64,000 nt of DNA, taken from NCBI RefSeq assembly GCF_006345805.1, contig NC_042998.1, positions 120,838,001 to 120,902,000 on the forward strand, written 5' to 3'. Of the stretch, positions 38,272 to 49,845 are shown in pieces; position 1 is the stretch's first letter; the number at the start of each line of letters is the position of its first letter. Both the position numbers and the translations under genes were made by a program. Origin of the DNA: Octopus sinensis (Eukaryota). The notes under the pieces were generated by a model, which did not search any database, was not told the origin of the DNA, and saw nothing but the letters and a program-made list of their open reading frames with translations.

Positions 38272-39464
38272 TACAAGACACAAATATGACTGTGTGCATA
38301 TACAAAGTACAAATATGACTGTGTAGTAGAGAAGATTGCTTCACAACAATGGGGTTTCAGGTTAGCCATAGATCAACCAAAGATTTGTAAGTGGATTTGG
38401 TAGATGGAAACTGAAAGGAGCCCAACATATGTATACATGTATCTGAATATGTGTGTGTGCATGCATGTGGATGTGTGACTCCTTGTGCAATATTTGTAAA
38501 TGAAAATCACTGTCATACAAGCAGTGTCATTCATTTTGAATCTTCCCTCAAGGTCAACCTCATTTGACCTATGTATATATATGTGTGTGTTATATTGTTA
38601 TACTGCTTTAATAATGCATGTTGTGGTATGTGTGTATGTATGTTAACTAACTTTAATGAGTGCAGATTTACATATGTATGTGTGTATATGTGTGTTATAT
38701 ATGTATCATATATGTGTTAGAATAATACAACCATATGTGTGTATATGATACCACAAAAATATGGTATTGTACCATAAATGTAGAACCACATGTGTATATG
38801 TATATATATGTGAGTGTGTATGTTTATACATATATATACACGCACATACACACGCATTTACATACATATATGTGTGTGTATGTGTATACCTATGTGTATG
38901 ATACCACCATGATATGGTGCTTTGCCATCAATGCATATGCGAGCTGTGATAAGTTGGTTCAATAAACAAGACAGATGCTTTGCTATCCAAACCTGCCTTC
39001 TTCATCACTAAAATAAATATATTATCATTCTATAACTGAGAGTGATAATTACAGCCATTCAACTCCTGTTGTAATGAATGCCTTACAGCAAGAACACAGC
39101 AATGAAAATACATTCATTTTCTCCAGAGACCAATAAATATTAGCTGAGATATTTTCAACATTAGCTCTGCCAGTCTTTATTTATTTAGCCCTCCACCGCT
39201 TTAAACTAGCCATTTCGTAATCTCAGCATCATCATTTCACTTACTGACATCTCCAAAAAACAATCAGCCAACCAACCGAACAAACAAAAACAACTTGCAA
39301 CATCTATTTTCTAGAGACAACCCTCTAACATTTCGTGTAAACAAATCATTAACTAGAGTTGTTCATCTCTGTTCATCTTCAACAATCACCATCCTTTGAC
39401 TTCTATCAAGAAGGAAAGATTCGACCTAACAATAACAACAAAAACAAAATGGCTTACAAATTAC

Positions 39465-39530
39465 CTCAGACATTTTATAATCATCAAAGCATTATATAAC
39501 AAGTTTGGAGGCCTTTTGCCATATTTGGAA
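39465..39530 (-). other. Candidate 66-nt internal exon of an unidentified minus-strand transcript
   Basis: Acceptor cttgttttccag|, donor GAG|gtaatt; one open frame (SKYGKRPPNLLYNALMIIKCL). No homology recognised. Confidence 0.3.
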
Positions 39531-40399
39531 CTGGAAAACAAGATGTTTTATCTCTATTTAACAAATGTGCATGCGCGTGCATGTGTGTGTGTGTGTGTAT
39601 TCTGTTTCATCTGAGACGAAAGGATTGAAACAATGTGAAATGAAGTACACTGCTCAAAGACACAAAGCACCTTATCCAAAAGTTGAATATAAAATCTAAC
39701 AATTCTGAGGCCACCAAACTACTAAATTGCTGAGGGGATAGTTTAATCCTACAAAGTACTGGCAGTCTGTTTATGGGGAGGTGGTGGGATGCTTGTGTTC
39801 TTAATCATCTAGTGGAGAACTCCTCATTGAGTAATTATTTCCAAGGATCTACTAGTAAGGAAACATGTGTAGCCTGGATTTTACCTGCTTCACCCACTCA
39901 ATTTGAATTTTTATTCACATTCATAGCAACCCTGGTTGCTAACCATGAGCTATAAAATTTTTTTTTCAGCTTATTGAACTTCAGTATAGGAAAAACCTAC
40001 AACCTTTGGTGTCAATAAATTAGTATTGTTCCCAAAAGTTGTTTTTTATACCCACTATGGACTGCTCAAAGCTGAGTAACTTCCTACACCTAGACCCTTA
40101 GATCTTACACACACACACATGGATATATCAGATAAAAGGGAATTTATAAATCTGAGCTATGTAACATATACTCTATTCTTGGACTTTATACAGAGTATTT
40201 GGGGGTAAATTTGATTATTTTTCTTTTATGCTTCCTTTTTTCATGAACAACTTGATGTATTAGTGAATAATCAATGGCATTCGTGAGCGTTAAGTTTAAG
40301 GTTGATTTGAGAAAAGGTTAGCTGACATGGAAGACTGGAAGTCATCTGAATATTGAAAAAGAGCTACCTGTATCATGATGGTTCATTCCAGATATGAAA

Positions 40400-40930
40400 A
40401 TATTGACATCGTAACTGTTACTCAGTGTTCTGTAAACACTATAAAAACTATCAGATGTGGCAGGACATCATGAAAACCAAGTTCCTCGAAACTGTAATGA
40501 TCTGTGGGTGCACCATTAGTGAGGGTGACATCATGCCATCTTATATAGGGAAGGCATTAGGCTCAATTTAGACAGCTATGTGAAGCTGCTGAAGTCTGTG
40601 GTCAAACATTGGCTGGAGAGTGTTGCTGCTGGAAGAAATATGCATGGCAGTAGGGTTCAGTTCCTTGCCATACCTCCAGAAAGAGGTTGTTGGAGAATCT
40701 GTATCACTTCACCAACCGCAATTTCTAACCTTCTAATTCCGCTGATTGTAATCCCATGGATTATTATGCAACGGGTACAGTTGATAAAGACACCAACCTC
40801 TCTGATCACAACACCAAAGCTGAGCCAGATGCTAAGACCAAGGAGGTGTTCAAAGATCTTCCCAGGAACACGGTGAAGAATGCATGCACCAGGTTCCTGA
40901 GCTATCTTGAGGCTATGTTGGAAGCTGGCT
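40400..40930 (+). mobile_element. Tc1/mariner-superfamily transposase fragment (possibly maT/DD37D-like)
   Basis: MKTKF.ETVM, YVKLLKSVVKHWL, and aattccgctgattgtaatcccatggattattat = NSADCNPMDYY (WPPxSPDxNP-like). Confidence 0.6.
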
Positions 40931-41089
40931 CTCCAGGCTCAGTCAAACCATCCAACCCATGCCAGCATGGAAAACAGATGTTAAATGATGATGATGATGA
41001 TAGTGATATACACATGAATAGTGTAAACTGGTTAAAAGTTTCCACAGAAGTAGTGTCATATAAACAAAAAAATGGATGAAATAGCGCAA

Positions 41090-41286
41090 CCCTTTTGATA
41101 CCAACCCAGCTGAAACTGCCTCTGGCTCTGTAGTACAAATGTCTTGTTTTCAAAAGTTCTGAATTAAAATCTTCCACCAAACCTTAGTCACAATTTATTT
41201 TCCTAACACTAGTTTAATGATAACAAATTTATTTTCCTAAATTCTTTGTTATATTTCATCTCAACAGAAATATGAAAACAAAAGGG
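41090..41286. mobile_element. piggyBac-like MITE
   Basis: ccctttt...aaaaggg termini. Confidence 0.5.
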
Positions 41287-41694
41287 CTAAAAGAATTGTT
41301 GCAATCTTTTTTAGAAAAATTAAAGACAAAAACAAATGACAAATGTAGTATTTCATTTTCACTTACATTCTCACCAGTTTCATCTGTTCTGGACCTATCA
41401 AAGGCAAAAGACAATGTAACTACAAAAGTTGAAACATATAAGAAGGAATTTGTTGCAGCTAGATGAAGAACTAGGGTATCAGGTTACAAGAGAAAGAGTA
41501 TTCAGTGAGGAATTTAATTGAAAGCTATGATTTTTAAACACTTAGGTAAGGTATTGACTCAGGAACCTAAGTGACAGGTTAAGATTTTAAACAATAAACT
41601 GCACTAGAGAGATTGTTAAGCAGATAAATATAAGTGAGAGTGTTGTGGGTAGGAAAATGAGGTAAATCAGGTTAAATGATAAAGAGTGGTTAGT

Positions 41695-43330
41695 TATCAC
41701 CTGGAGGACTATGATGAACAAGAGGGGGCTGAGGACTGATTCTTGGTGAACCTTTACTTGTACCCTGAATTATTCACTATACTCAGTCCCAACCCTCACC
41801 TTACTGACAATATCCCTGTACATGGCTTGTACAGCTCTCCCCAACTACTCATCTATTCCTAGTTTCTGCATTGACCATCAGATAAGGGATCGGGGGTGGG
41901 GGGACCCTGTCAAAGGCTTTCTCCATGTCAACAAAAGCCAAGTACAGAGGTTTATCTTTGGCTAGGTATTTCTCCTGCAGCTGTCTTACCAGAAATATAG
42001 CATCAGTGGTGCTTTTCCTTGGCACGAACCCAAACTGCATCTCATCTAAACTGACTCTCTCCCTAATTAGTTGGGCTATGATTCCCTCCGTGACCTTCAT
42101 GACCTGATCCAACAACTTGATTTCTCCCATTCATTCTCTTCATTTAGCAACCTTTCATAGTGGTGTCTCCAAGTTGCTTTCTTTGCAGCATCATTAAAAG
42201 CAAGTGAGCCATCATCCATATTTCTCTCCTATGACATCGTGATTTTCTCATACACACTGTCTTGCAATTCGAAACATAGAACATTGATAAATCTCTTCTT
42301 TTCTGCTTCCTCTCTGGCTAAGTAAATGTGTCTCCTAACTTCCCTTCTGGTTATCTGATACAGTTCACTGCAACCACCACACTTCCAGTCCTCCCATACC
42401 TGTTTATTTTCCCTAATGGCCCTTTCAACTACATGTTCCACCACCATGTCACCTTAGGTTGAGAGGGGACTTTGCACCAGCCACAGATCTGGTCAGTAGC
42501 CCTTAACAGGTTGTCCCATAGGAACCTCCAGTTGTCCTCCATGTTATGTGACACTATATTCTCTTTTTCATCAAAAGCTTCAAGTAATATGTCTCTAAAT
42601 ATCTGTCCATTCAGAGGATCCTTAAGCTTCCAGATTCTTCTTTTCCACACTGATCATCTTCTGGGCAGCCATTTAGCCCTGATCCAGAAGTTGATAACAA
42701 CTAACCTATGTTGTGGGATGCATTCTTCACCTGGGAAAGTTTTGGCATTCATAAGTAGCCATCTTTCCTGTTTCCTGGTGAGAATGTAGTCAATCTGACT
42801 AGTGTACCCACCAGACTGGTAGGTTTCCTCAAGTCAGTATTACAGATCAGATCATTTGCATGACAGAACTCCAGCAGTCTGGTTCCCTCATTGCAGGAAC
42901 CAAATCTGTTGCTACCATGCACACCATGGAAGCTCCCTGGATGTTGTCCAACACGCCCATTGAAGTCACCAGCCACAAAGAGAAGGTCCCTGTCATTTGT
43001 CAACAAGGTAGTCTGCAAGAGGGTGTCTTTCTGTTCATCAGGTAAACCTGACTGAGGGACATAGGCTGAGATAATGATTGCTATTCCAGGTTGCACCACT
43101 AGTCTAAGCTTAAATATTCTATCACAGACTCTGACTACCTTGATTACTTTATCAACCCATTTTGCAGCAAGGAGTATACCAACACTCCAAATCCCATCAC
43201 TGTTCCCTACCCAGAAAATCTTATACCTATGTTTTTTTGAGGAACTTAGCAGAACCTCCTCTCCACCTTACCTTTTGGATGCAACACAAATCTACACACC
43301 TCCGTTCAAGCAACTCAACAATTACATTAA
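41695..43330 (-). mobile_element. RTE-clade LINE, same family as 18700-20750, internally deleted
   Basis: IISAYVPQSGLPDEQKD...VAGDFNG, MQFGFVPRKSTTDAIFLVRQLQEKY...VDMEKAFDRV, and ESVLSPLLFIIVLQ at ~41700. Confidence 0.9.
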
Positions 43331-45884
43331 TAAAATCGCAAAACTACAAGATATTGCTGGATAAATTCAAAACAATGTAAATAAATAAGCATTATATTTG
43401 CCAGAGTAATCTGAAAACTAAAAGGTTAAACACATATTTACTTGCACACACAGACACACGCACATACATAGGTTAATGATATACTACTGCATCTGTCCAA
43501 ACAGTATGCAAAGGTGTGCTTCTATACCCATGTATGTGTATCTGAATCATCCTTTGTTGTATGTTAGTATTTCTTATGTCATAAGTCAAAAACGTTATTT
43601 GTCAACCATTCGAGCAAGGTTTGTATTTTATTGTTCCTTAACTCCCTCTATCTGGCATAAATCCGCTTTCCTCTTTATGCCATAATCTCACCCATTCAAG
43701 GAGTTTTTTTTTCTTTATTTAGCGAGTTGCCTGGCAATCTCACAGGTGCTGGTGCCAAGAAAAAAATGCATGCAGTACACCCAGTGAAGTGGTTGGCATT
43801 AGAAAGGGCACCCAGCCATAGAAACTAAGCCATTGGGGCTTGATGCAATCCACTAGCTCATTGGATCCTGTCAAATTATCCAAACCATTCTTATATGGAA
43901 GATGGATGTGGAATTATAATGCTGATGACAACATATGTATGCATGCATGCATCATGCATATATGTATTTATGTATGTATTACAATTATGAAAAATATGTT
44001 TTTTAGAATTTTGAGCTAAAGAAGTGGTCACTGAGACTGTGACGATATTGATAGAATTCCAGAATTCTAAGACTTTGTTCACCTCATAAGCTGACATTAC
44101 AGAATACACTTCTGAACAAAATACTTTTTGCCACTTCCTTACATTGTTATGTGGTATTTATCTTGCATTCCTTTGGATTGCATTGCTTACAGTATGATTG
44201 ACATATTAATATTTGGATAGCTAACATTTTCATCCTACTCAGACTTCTATATAATGGAATATATCTGCAGAATGTATGAGCTTCTTTATTTGTACTTCTT
44301 TGTGTGTATGTGTGTTTTGGTCATTGACTTGGTTTCAAGCCTAACCACTTTTCCGCTGCAGTAATATGCCTTAACAGGTTTGATAACATTACTACCATGC
44401 ACTCTCGCATAATAACTAACTACCTAACACTGATTTTGTTTTAAATTTTTGTGACATGTTTTCATCTATATTATTTTGTATAAACAAATACCTTACAATT
44501 GCTTAAGTGTCAGCATTTTCTCATAAGTACTATAACAATTGTACCATGATGTGCGTGTGTGTATATATATATATATATATAAACAATTTTGCCATGGAAA
44601 TGGATTTTAAAAAATCAATGGAAAAGAAAAATACTAGTCAATAAGAAATTGGAATACAGTCATACAAATCTCAAGAGCAGAAGCTGTCATTTACTTTCTA
44701 AATCATTCAACTCAAAACTAGTCATTCTGTTTATTTTATTGCATTTGGTTCATAATACTTAATGAAATAGTTTGAAGTTTTTAAAATTAACCAACAGTGT
44801 ATCTATTTCCTTATTGCAACTACATCTCTATTTAGTTGTTCTGTTTGTCTTTTGTATTGAAAGTTCATTCTGCTTCCTTAATAATTTTGATATTCATAAA
44901 TTTTAACAATCAGCTGTGCCTCACAAACATTTATAATAGATTTCTTCATCATTATTGTAGCAGCTCTTTTGAGGTAAGTTGCTGCCATACTATAGAATGA
45001 CACGTAAGTGTGATTTAATTTTTTTCCACTGAGACCAATCAAAATTTTTCTCTCTAAACTTTCAAAGTCTCTACTTACTTGATGGACCTGTTCTGTTTAT
45101 TATATTTTTATTTGTAAGTTCATTCTGCTATCTTCATTGTCTTATAATGTTTTAATATTAATAAATTCAGATGATACACCCAGTATCGCAACAGTCATAA
45201 AAATGTCAATGCTACTTTAGCATGCAACCTACTGTAGTATATGTAGCATATCATGTGAAATGACTTGATCTGGGATAGTATTAGGAACACTATGAAATTA
45301 CAGATTGAAAATTTAGAAGGCCAATGCATGGTAGGACCTTCCTCATGTCTACACAAGAAATGTTGTTCTTTACGAACTTATACAGTGAATCATACCTGTA
45401 TAGGTTTTTGGAGTGATAAATATAATTTCTTTATTTTCCTGTTATTTTGGTATTCTTATTTATTTCCCCTATCCTTTAATCCACCAAATTTCATCAGATA
45501 ACTTTTTCAACAATAATTCCATCATTATAGTGAGTCGGCAAAATCGTTTGCATGCTGGGCAAAATGCTTTGCAGCATTTTGTCCATCTTAATGTTCTGAG
45601 TTCAAATTCCACTGAGATCAACTTTGCCCTTCATCCTTTCGGGGTTGATAAATTAAGTACCAGTGAAACATTGGGATCAATCTAATCAACTTATCTCCTT
45701 TCCCCAAATTTCTGGCCTTGTGCCTGTAGTAAAAAGGATTATTGATGTTTCAGGTACTCTAAATACATATATATTCATAATATATATAAGCAGTGTGTTT
45801 GTGGATAGTTAAGGAGGGTGCACAGCTGAAGACGTTACTCCAAACAGAATCAAAATATATAGCATATAGTTGTTCCTTCTTTAC

Positions 45885-45946
45885 CTGTTCATGAGCATAC
45901 TGTATGAAGACATAATCTTTATATTGATCGTAACATACAATGCTGA
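45885..45946 (-). other. Candidate 62-nt internal exon of an unidentified minus-strand transcript
   Basis: Acceptor gatgtttttttag|, donor CAG|gtaaag; two open frames (SIVCYDQYKDYVFIQYAHEQ or SALYVTINIKIMSSYSMLMN). No homology recognised. Confidence 0.3.
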
Positions 45947-46915
45947 CTAAAAAAACATCTATAGGTACAGGCATGGCCATGTGATTAAGAAGCTTGCTTT
46001 GTAACTACATGATTTCAGGTTCAGTCTTACTGCAAGTGTCTTCTTTTAATAGTCCTGAGCTAACTAATGCTTTGTGAATGAATTTGGTAGATGGAAACAG
46101 TGTGGAAGCCCCAATGTGTGTGTGTTTGTTCTCTTCACGGCTTGAGAACTGATGTGAGTTTGTTTACATCCCTGTAAGTTAGCAGTTCAGCAAAAGAGGC
46201 CAACTGAAAAAAGTACCAGGCTTCAAAATAAGAAATATGTTCTGGGGTCAATTTGTTCGACTAAAACTTTTCAAGGTGGTGCCCCATAAGAGATATTCTG
46301 TAGTATAACAACAGAATGAAACACTGCTAATACGTCAGTAATTTAACACAGGCATTGTATAACATCATTATTGTTATTATCATCATTGTTTTTTTTTCAA
46401 TTTTTGCACAGAGTTTGTTAATGCAAACTCTTTTACACTTGAATGCCTCAGAATATATATATTTATATGTAACTATTATGTGTTACTTATAGATGTAACA
46501 GATGCACTGGTTATTAGCATTGACAGCTGATTAGTTAAAACTTCATGTAACAGTGTGATATGCACCAAATGAATTAACAAAAGGAAAAAGTACATTTGCA
46601 CAGATTTTATTAATCTGTCATAATTTGTCTTGTTCGAGACATTAGTCAGCCATTTTACAATGGTAAAAGAATGATATTAACAATTGGCACAACTTTTGGT
46701 AATGTTTGTGTCAGATGTATGTACTAAAGAAATAAGCATGCTAGAAAGAGATAGATATGTTCATTTGCTAAAATGCCTGACAAAAGAAAGAGATATATTC
46801 CTCTGGGTGAAGGAGACAGAGAGATGTTACTCCAGTAAGGTACCAGATGGAAGAGAATGATAGTTATCTTAACTGTCAAATGCCAAATGAAAGAGAAAGA
46901 GAATTCTGTATTTAA

Positions 46916-47051
46916 CCTTTTAGCATTCAGATTACTCTGTCAAATATATGCTTATTTATTCACATTGTTTTGCTCTGGCATTTCAATGATGTGAATGGCA
47001 TTGTAGGGTAGGTGTGAAAGGGAGGATCTGGCCAACTTAAATGCTAAAAGT
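46916..47051. mobile_element. piggyBac-like MITE with TTAA flanks (related end at ~43350-43430)
   Basis: ttaa|ccttttagcatt...aatgctaaaagt|ttaa. Confidence 0.65.
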
Positions 47052-47889
47052 TTAAACAAGTTTGAAAGCTGGAAGTAGGTTGGAAGAGCAAAAGAAGGTG
47101 AATGTGTTTATCAGTATAAATGAATAGGACTTATCTAAGTTGAACAGAGTATAACAGTTGACTCTCACCACTTTCCAAGAACAAATATTGAAGCTTACAG
47201 AAAAACCTAAACTAAGGTTTCGATTCTTGGCTAAGAATCATATATATATATATATATATATACAAGCATTAGATATATAAAGTGTAGTTTAGAAGTTCCC
47301 AACCAAATGATTCAGGATTCAGTCTCACTGTGTGGTAACTTGGGCAAATCTCTTCGAGTATAACCCTAAGTTAACTAAAGCATAGTGAAGGATCTGGTAG
47401 ATACATATGCACACTCACACACACGTGTGTGTGTGTGCATGCATGTATATATGTGTGTTTGTTTACATTTGCACGTCTCCAAAAATTGCAAACTACAAGC
47501 AGCGATGATGTTATCATTTCTCTGGTCAACAAATGATCTGCTGGTTTTGTACTTTTGAAGAAATATGAAATAAGAGAGCTTTTACTTCAAAAGCAGGAAA
47601 GAGTTAGTACCAGGATGGGCATCCAGCAGTAAAACAATAATATATTCGATTAAACCATGATAGTATGGAAAAAATGTGTCTATCCTCCGAAACCGTTTGA
47701 CAACCGATGTTGGTGTGTTTATATCCCCGTAACTTAGTGATGCAGCAAGAGACGATAGAACACCAGGCTTTAAAAAATATGGGGTCGATTCATATTCATA
47801 CGACTAAATTCAACGCGGTGCCCCAGCATGGCCGCAGTCAAACAGTTGAAACAGGTAAACGATATATATATATATATGTGTGTGTGTGT

Positions 47890-48182
47890 TATGCGCCCTT
47901 TTCAAGCCTAGCCAGACTCATGGGCCCGGTTTCCCGGTTTCTGTGTATGTGTTCCCCCCAGCTGGACGGGACGCAGCATTACTCAAGAAACAGGAAGAGA
48001 GAGTGAGAGAAAGTTGGGGCGAAAGAGTACAACAGGGGTCGCCACCACCCCTGCCGGAGCCTCGTGGAGCCTTAGATGTTTTCGCTCAATAAACCCACAC
48101 AACGCCCGGTCTGGGAATCGAAACCGTGAGTACTCACCTAATTTCTGAATTACTAATACTTGGCGGTGTGAATTTTCACCTA

Positions 48183-48213
<31 letters not shown>

Positions 48214-48571
48214 CGTGGCACTCCGTCGGTTACTACGACGAGGGTCCCAGTTGATCCGATCAATGGAACAGCCTGCTCGTGGAAGTAACGTGCAAAGTGG
48301 CTGACCATCCACAGACACGTGTACCCTTAACGTAGTTCTCGGGGAGATTCAGCGTGACACAGAGTGCGACAAGGCTGGCCCTTTGAAATACAGATATAAC
48401 AGAAACTGGAAGAAAGAGAAAGTTGTCGTGAAAGAGTACAGCTGGGTTCGCCAGCACCTCCTGCCGGAGCCTCGCGGAGCTTTAGATGTTTTTGCTCAAT
48501 AAACACTCACAACGCATGGTCTGAGGAACCGCGAATCCGCTGCCCTAACCACTGGATCATTGCACCTCCAC
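47890..48571 (-). mobile_element. Two CpG-rich SINE family C-type copies (47890-48126 variant; 48215-48571)
   Basis: Homology to 22143-22497 and to each other (gaaagagtac...ccggagcctcg...ctcaataaac). Confidence 0.85.
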
Positions 48572-49429
48572 ACACACACGTGCTTTGGAACGAACCCCTG
48601 GGCCTTTAGGTTAATGACGTGATTCTACACCTAACAAATATATATAGTTTGCTTTATGTATTGAGTCCTATTTCTCCTAGTTGTTAAAGTAAATGTGTAT
48701 GTGCATAAACCGGAGAATTATTAATTATATTTCTCTATGTAGATTAACTATAAACACATGTAGAATCCCTATATATCATCTTTTTGAACCTACTAATCTT
48801 TAATTGAGGAAATGTAATAAGAGCGAGATTCTGGAATTACATACGGAATAATCGGAGGTTGAAATAACGTACTTTCTTTTTGGTAGTGGTGGAGGGCGTT
48901 GCAGATAATTTTAGAACATTAATAAAATGGAAGTAGGCAGCAAATAATCATTAAAAAACAGATTCTTAATTTTTGTTTACAATTACAAGAGATATTTGTC
49001 GGTGAAGAAGCTTGAAAGTAACGTTTCATTGATTTACAGTATCGTAAAGGCAGTTATCTGTGCTATACAATGAAACTTAGAGGCAGTACCAGCCTGTTTA
49101 ACCGTACGTGAAGGCAGTACCTAGCAGACAGCATTGAAGTTGCGGAGGTAGGACCAAGATGTTTACTATGAAACTGTGAAGGCAGGACCTGTGCACGTTC
49201 GATAAGCGTTCCTTACACGTGCCAAATCACATCTACCTTCTTCTCCTCCTACACATAAGAGCGACCGCCCTCTTAGCGAGTTCTTCTCACTTGCACTTCT
49301 CTCTCGCAATCTTTTCATCTTCTCTCCATTTCGAAAGTATACTGTTTCTGTCTGTTGCTTTATCACCGTGTTGCATCACTACCTTCTTCACTCTAACTTA
49401 TACACTTTCTTTCTTCGACTGTTACTCGC

Positions 49430-49658
49430 TTACCGCACTCTTTCTCAGTTTGACTCTCCCCCCACAGAAAGTCAGCTACATACTAATTATTGAATGATTA
49501 ACATTCTTTAGCCTGACTGCCGCCAGCTTCCGTTTTGCCACACTTTCCTGTTCTTACTTTCTTTCATTCCGGGTTGTCCATTCCACCGAAGCTTCTCACA
49601 GACAGACATACAGGCACCTTAAGAAAGTTTTCGGAAACATTGTAAATTTCATCTAACT
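49430..49658. promoter_or_regulatory. CpG-rich, probably bidirectional promoter/5' UTR of PHPT1
   Basis: CpGs are conspicuously retained from ~47700 to 51300. ETS-like CGGAAG followed by a YY1-like (one mismatch) AAGCTGGCGGC on the minus strand at ~49518-49532. Minus-strand donor GCG|gtaagc at 49434/49433. Confidence 0.5.
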
Positions 49659-49845
49659 ATGGCTGTAGCAGCGGCAACAATAGCTTCAGCCGGAGCTTTC
49701 AAGAATCCCAAACTGAAAGCAATTAGCGATGTTGACACCGACAAAAACGGCAGGTTTAAATACATATTGATCAAAGTGCATGATCCCGAGAAAGACCGCG
49801 AATTTAAGCATATCATCCGAGGATACAGTCGTCATGAATATCACT
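49659..49845 (+). CDS. PHPT1: 14 kDa phosphohistidine phosphatase (Janus/Ocnus family), coding exon 1 only (62 codons + 1 nt, phase-1 intron)
   Basis: MAVAAATIASAGAFKNPKLKAISDVDTDKNGRFKYILIKVHDPEKDREFKHIIRGYSRHEYH matches the PHPT1 pattern DVDID..G.FKYVLI.V...K.IVRGY...EYH, including the catalytic His. Donor CACT|gtaagt follows, at the position where I recall human intron 1. Confidence 0.92.

Noticed and set aside
44580-45200. AT-rich segment as a possible transposase remnant or exon cluster
   Set aside because: No motif I can name and no sustained open frame.
49166-49497. ORFs 49166-49366 (-) and 49219-49497 (+) as proteins
   Set aside because: Composition follows a purine/pyrimidine-skewed tract and no homology was recognised; kept only as possible UTR/intron of the divergent transcript.
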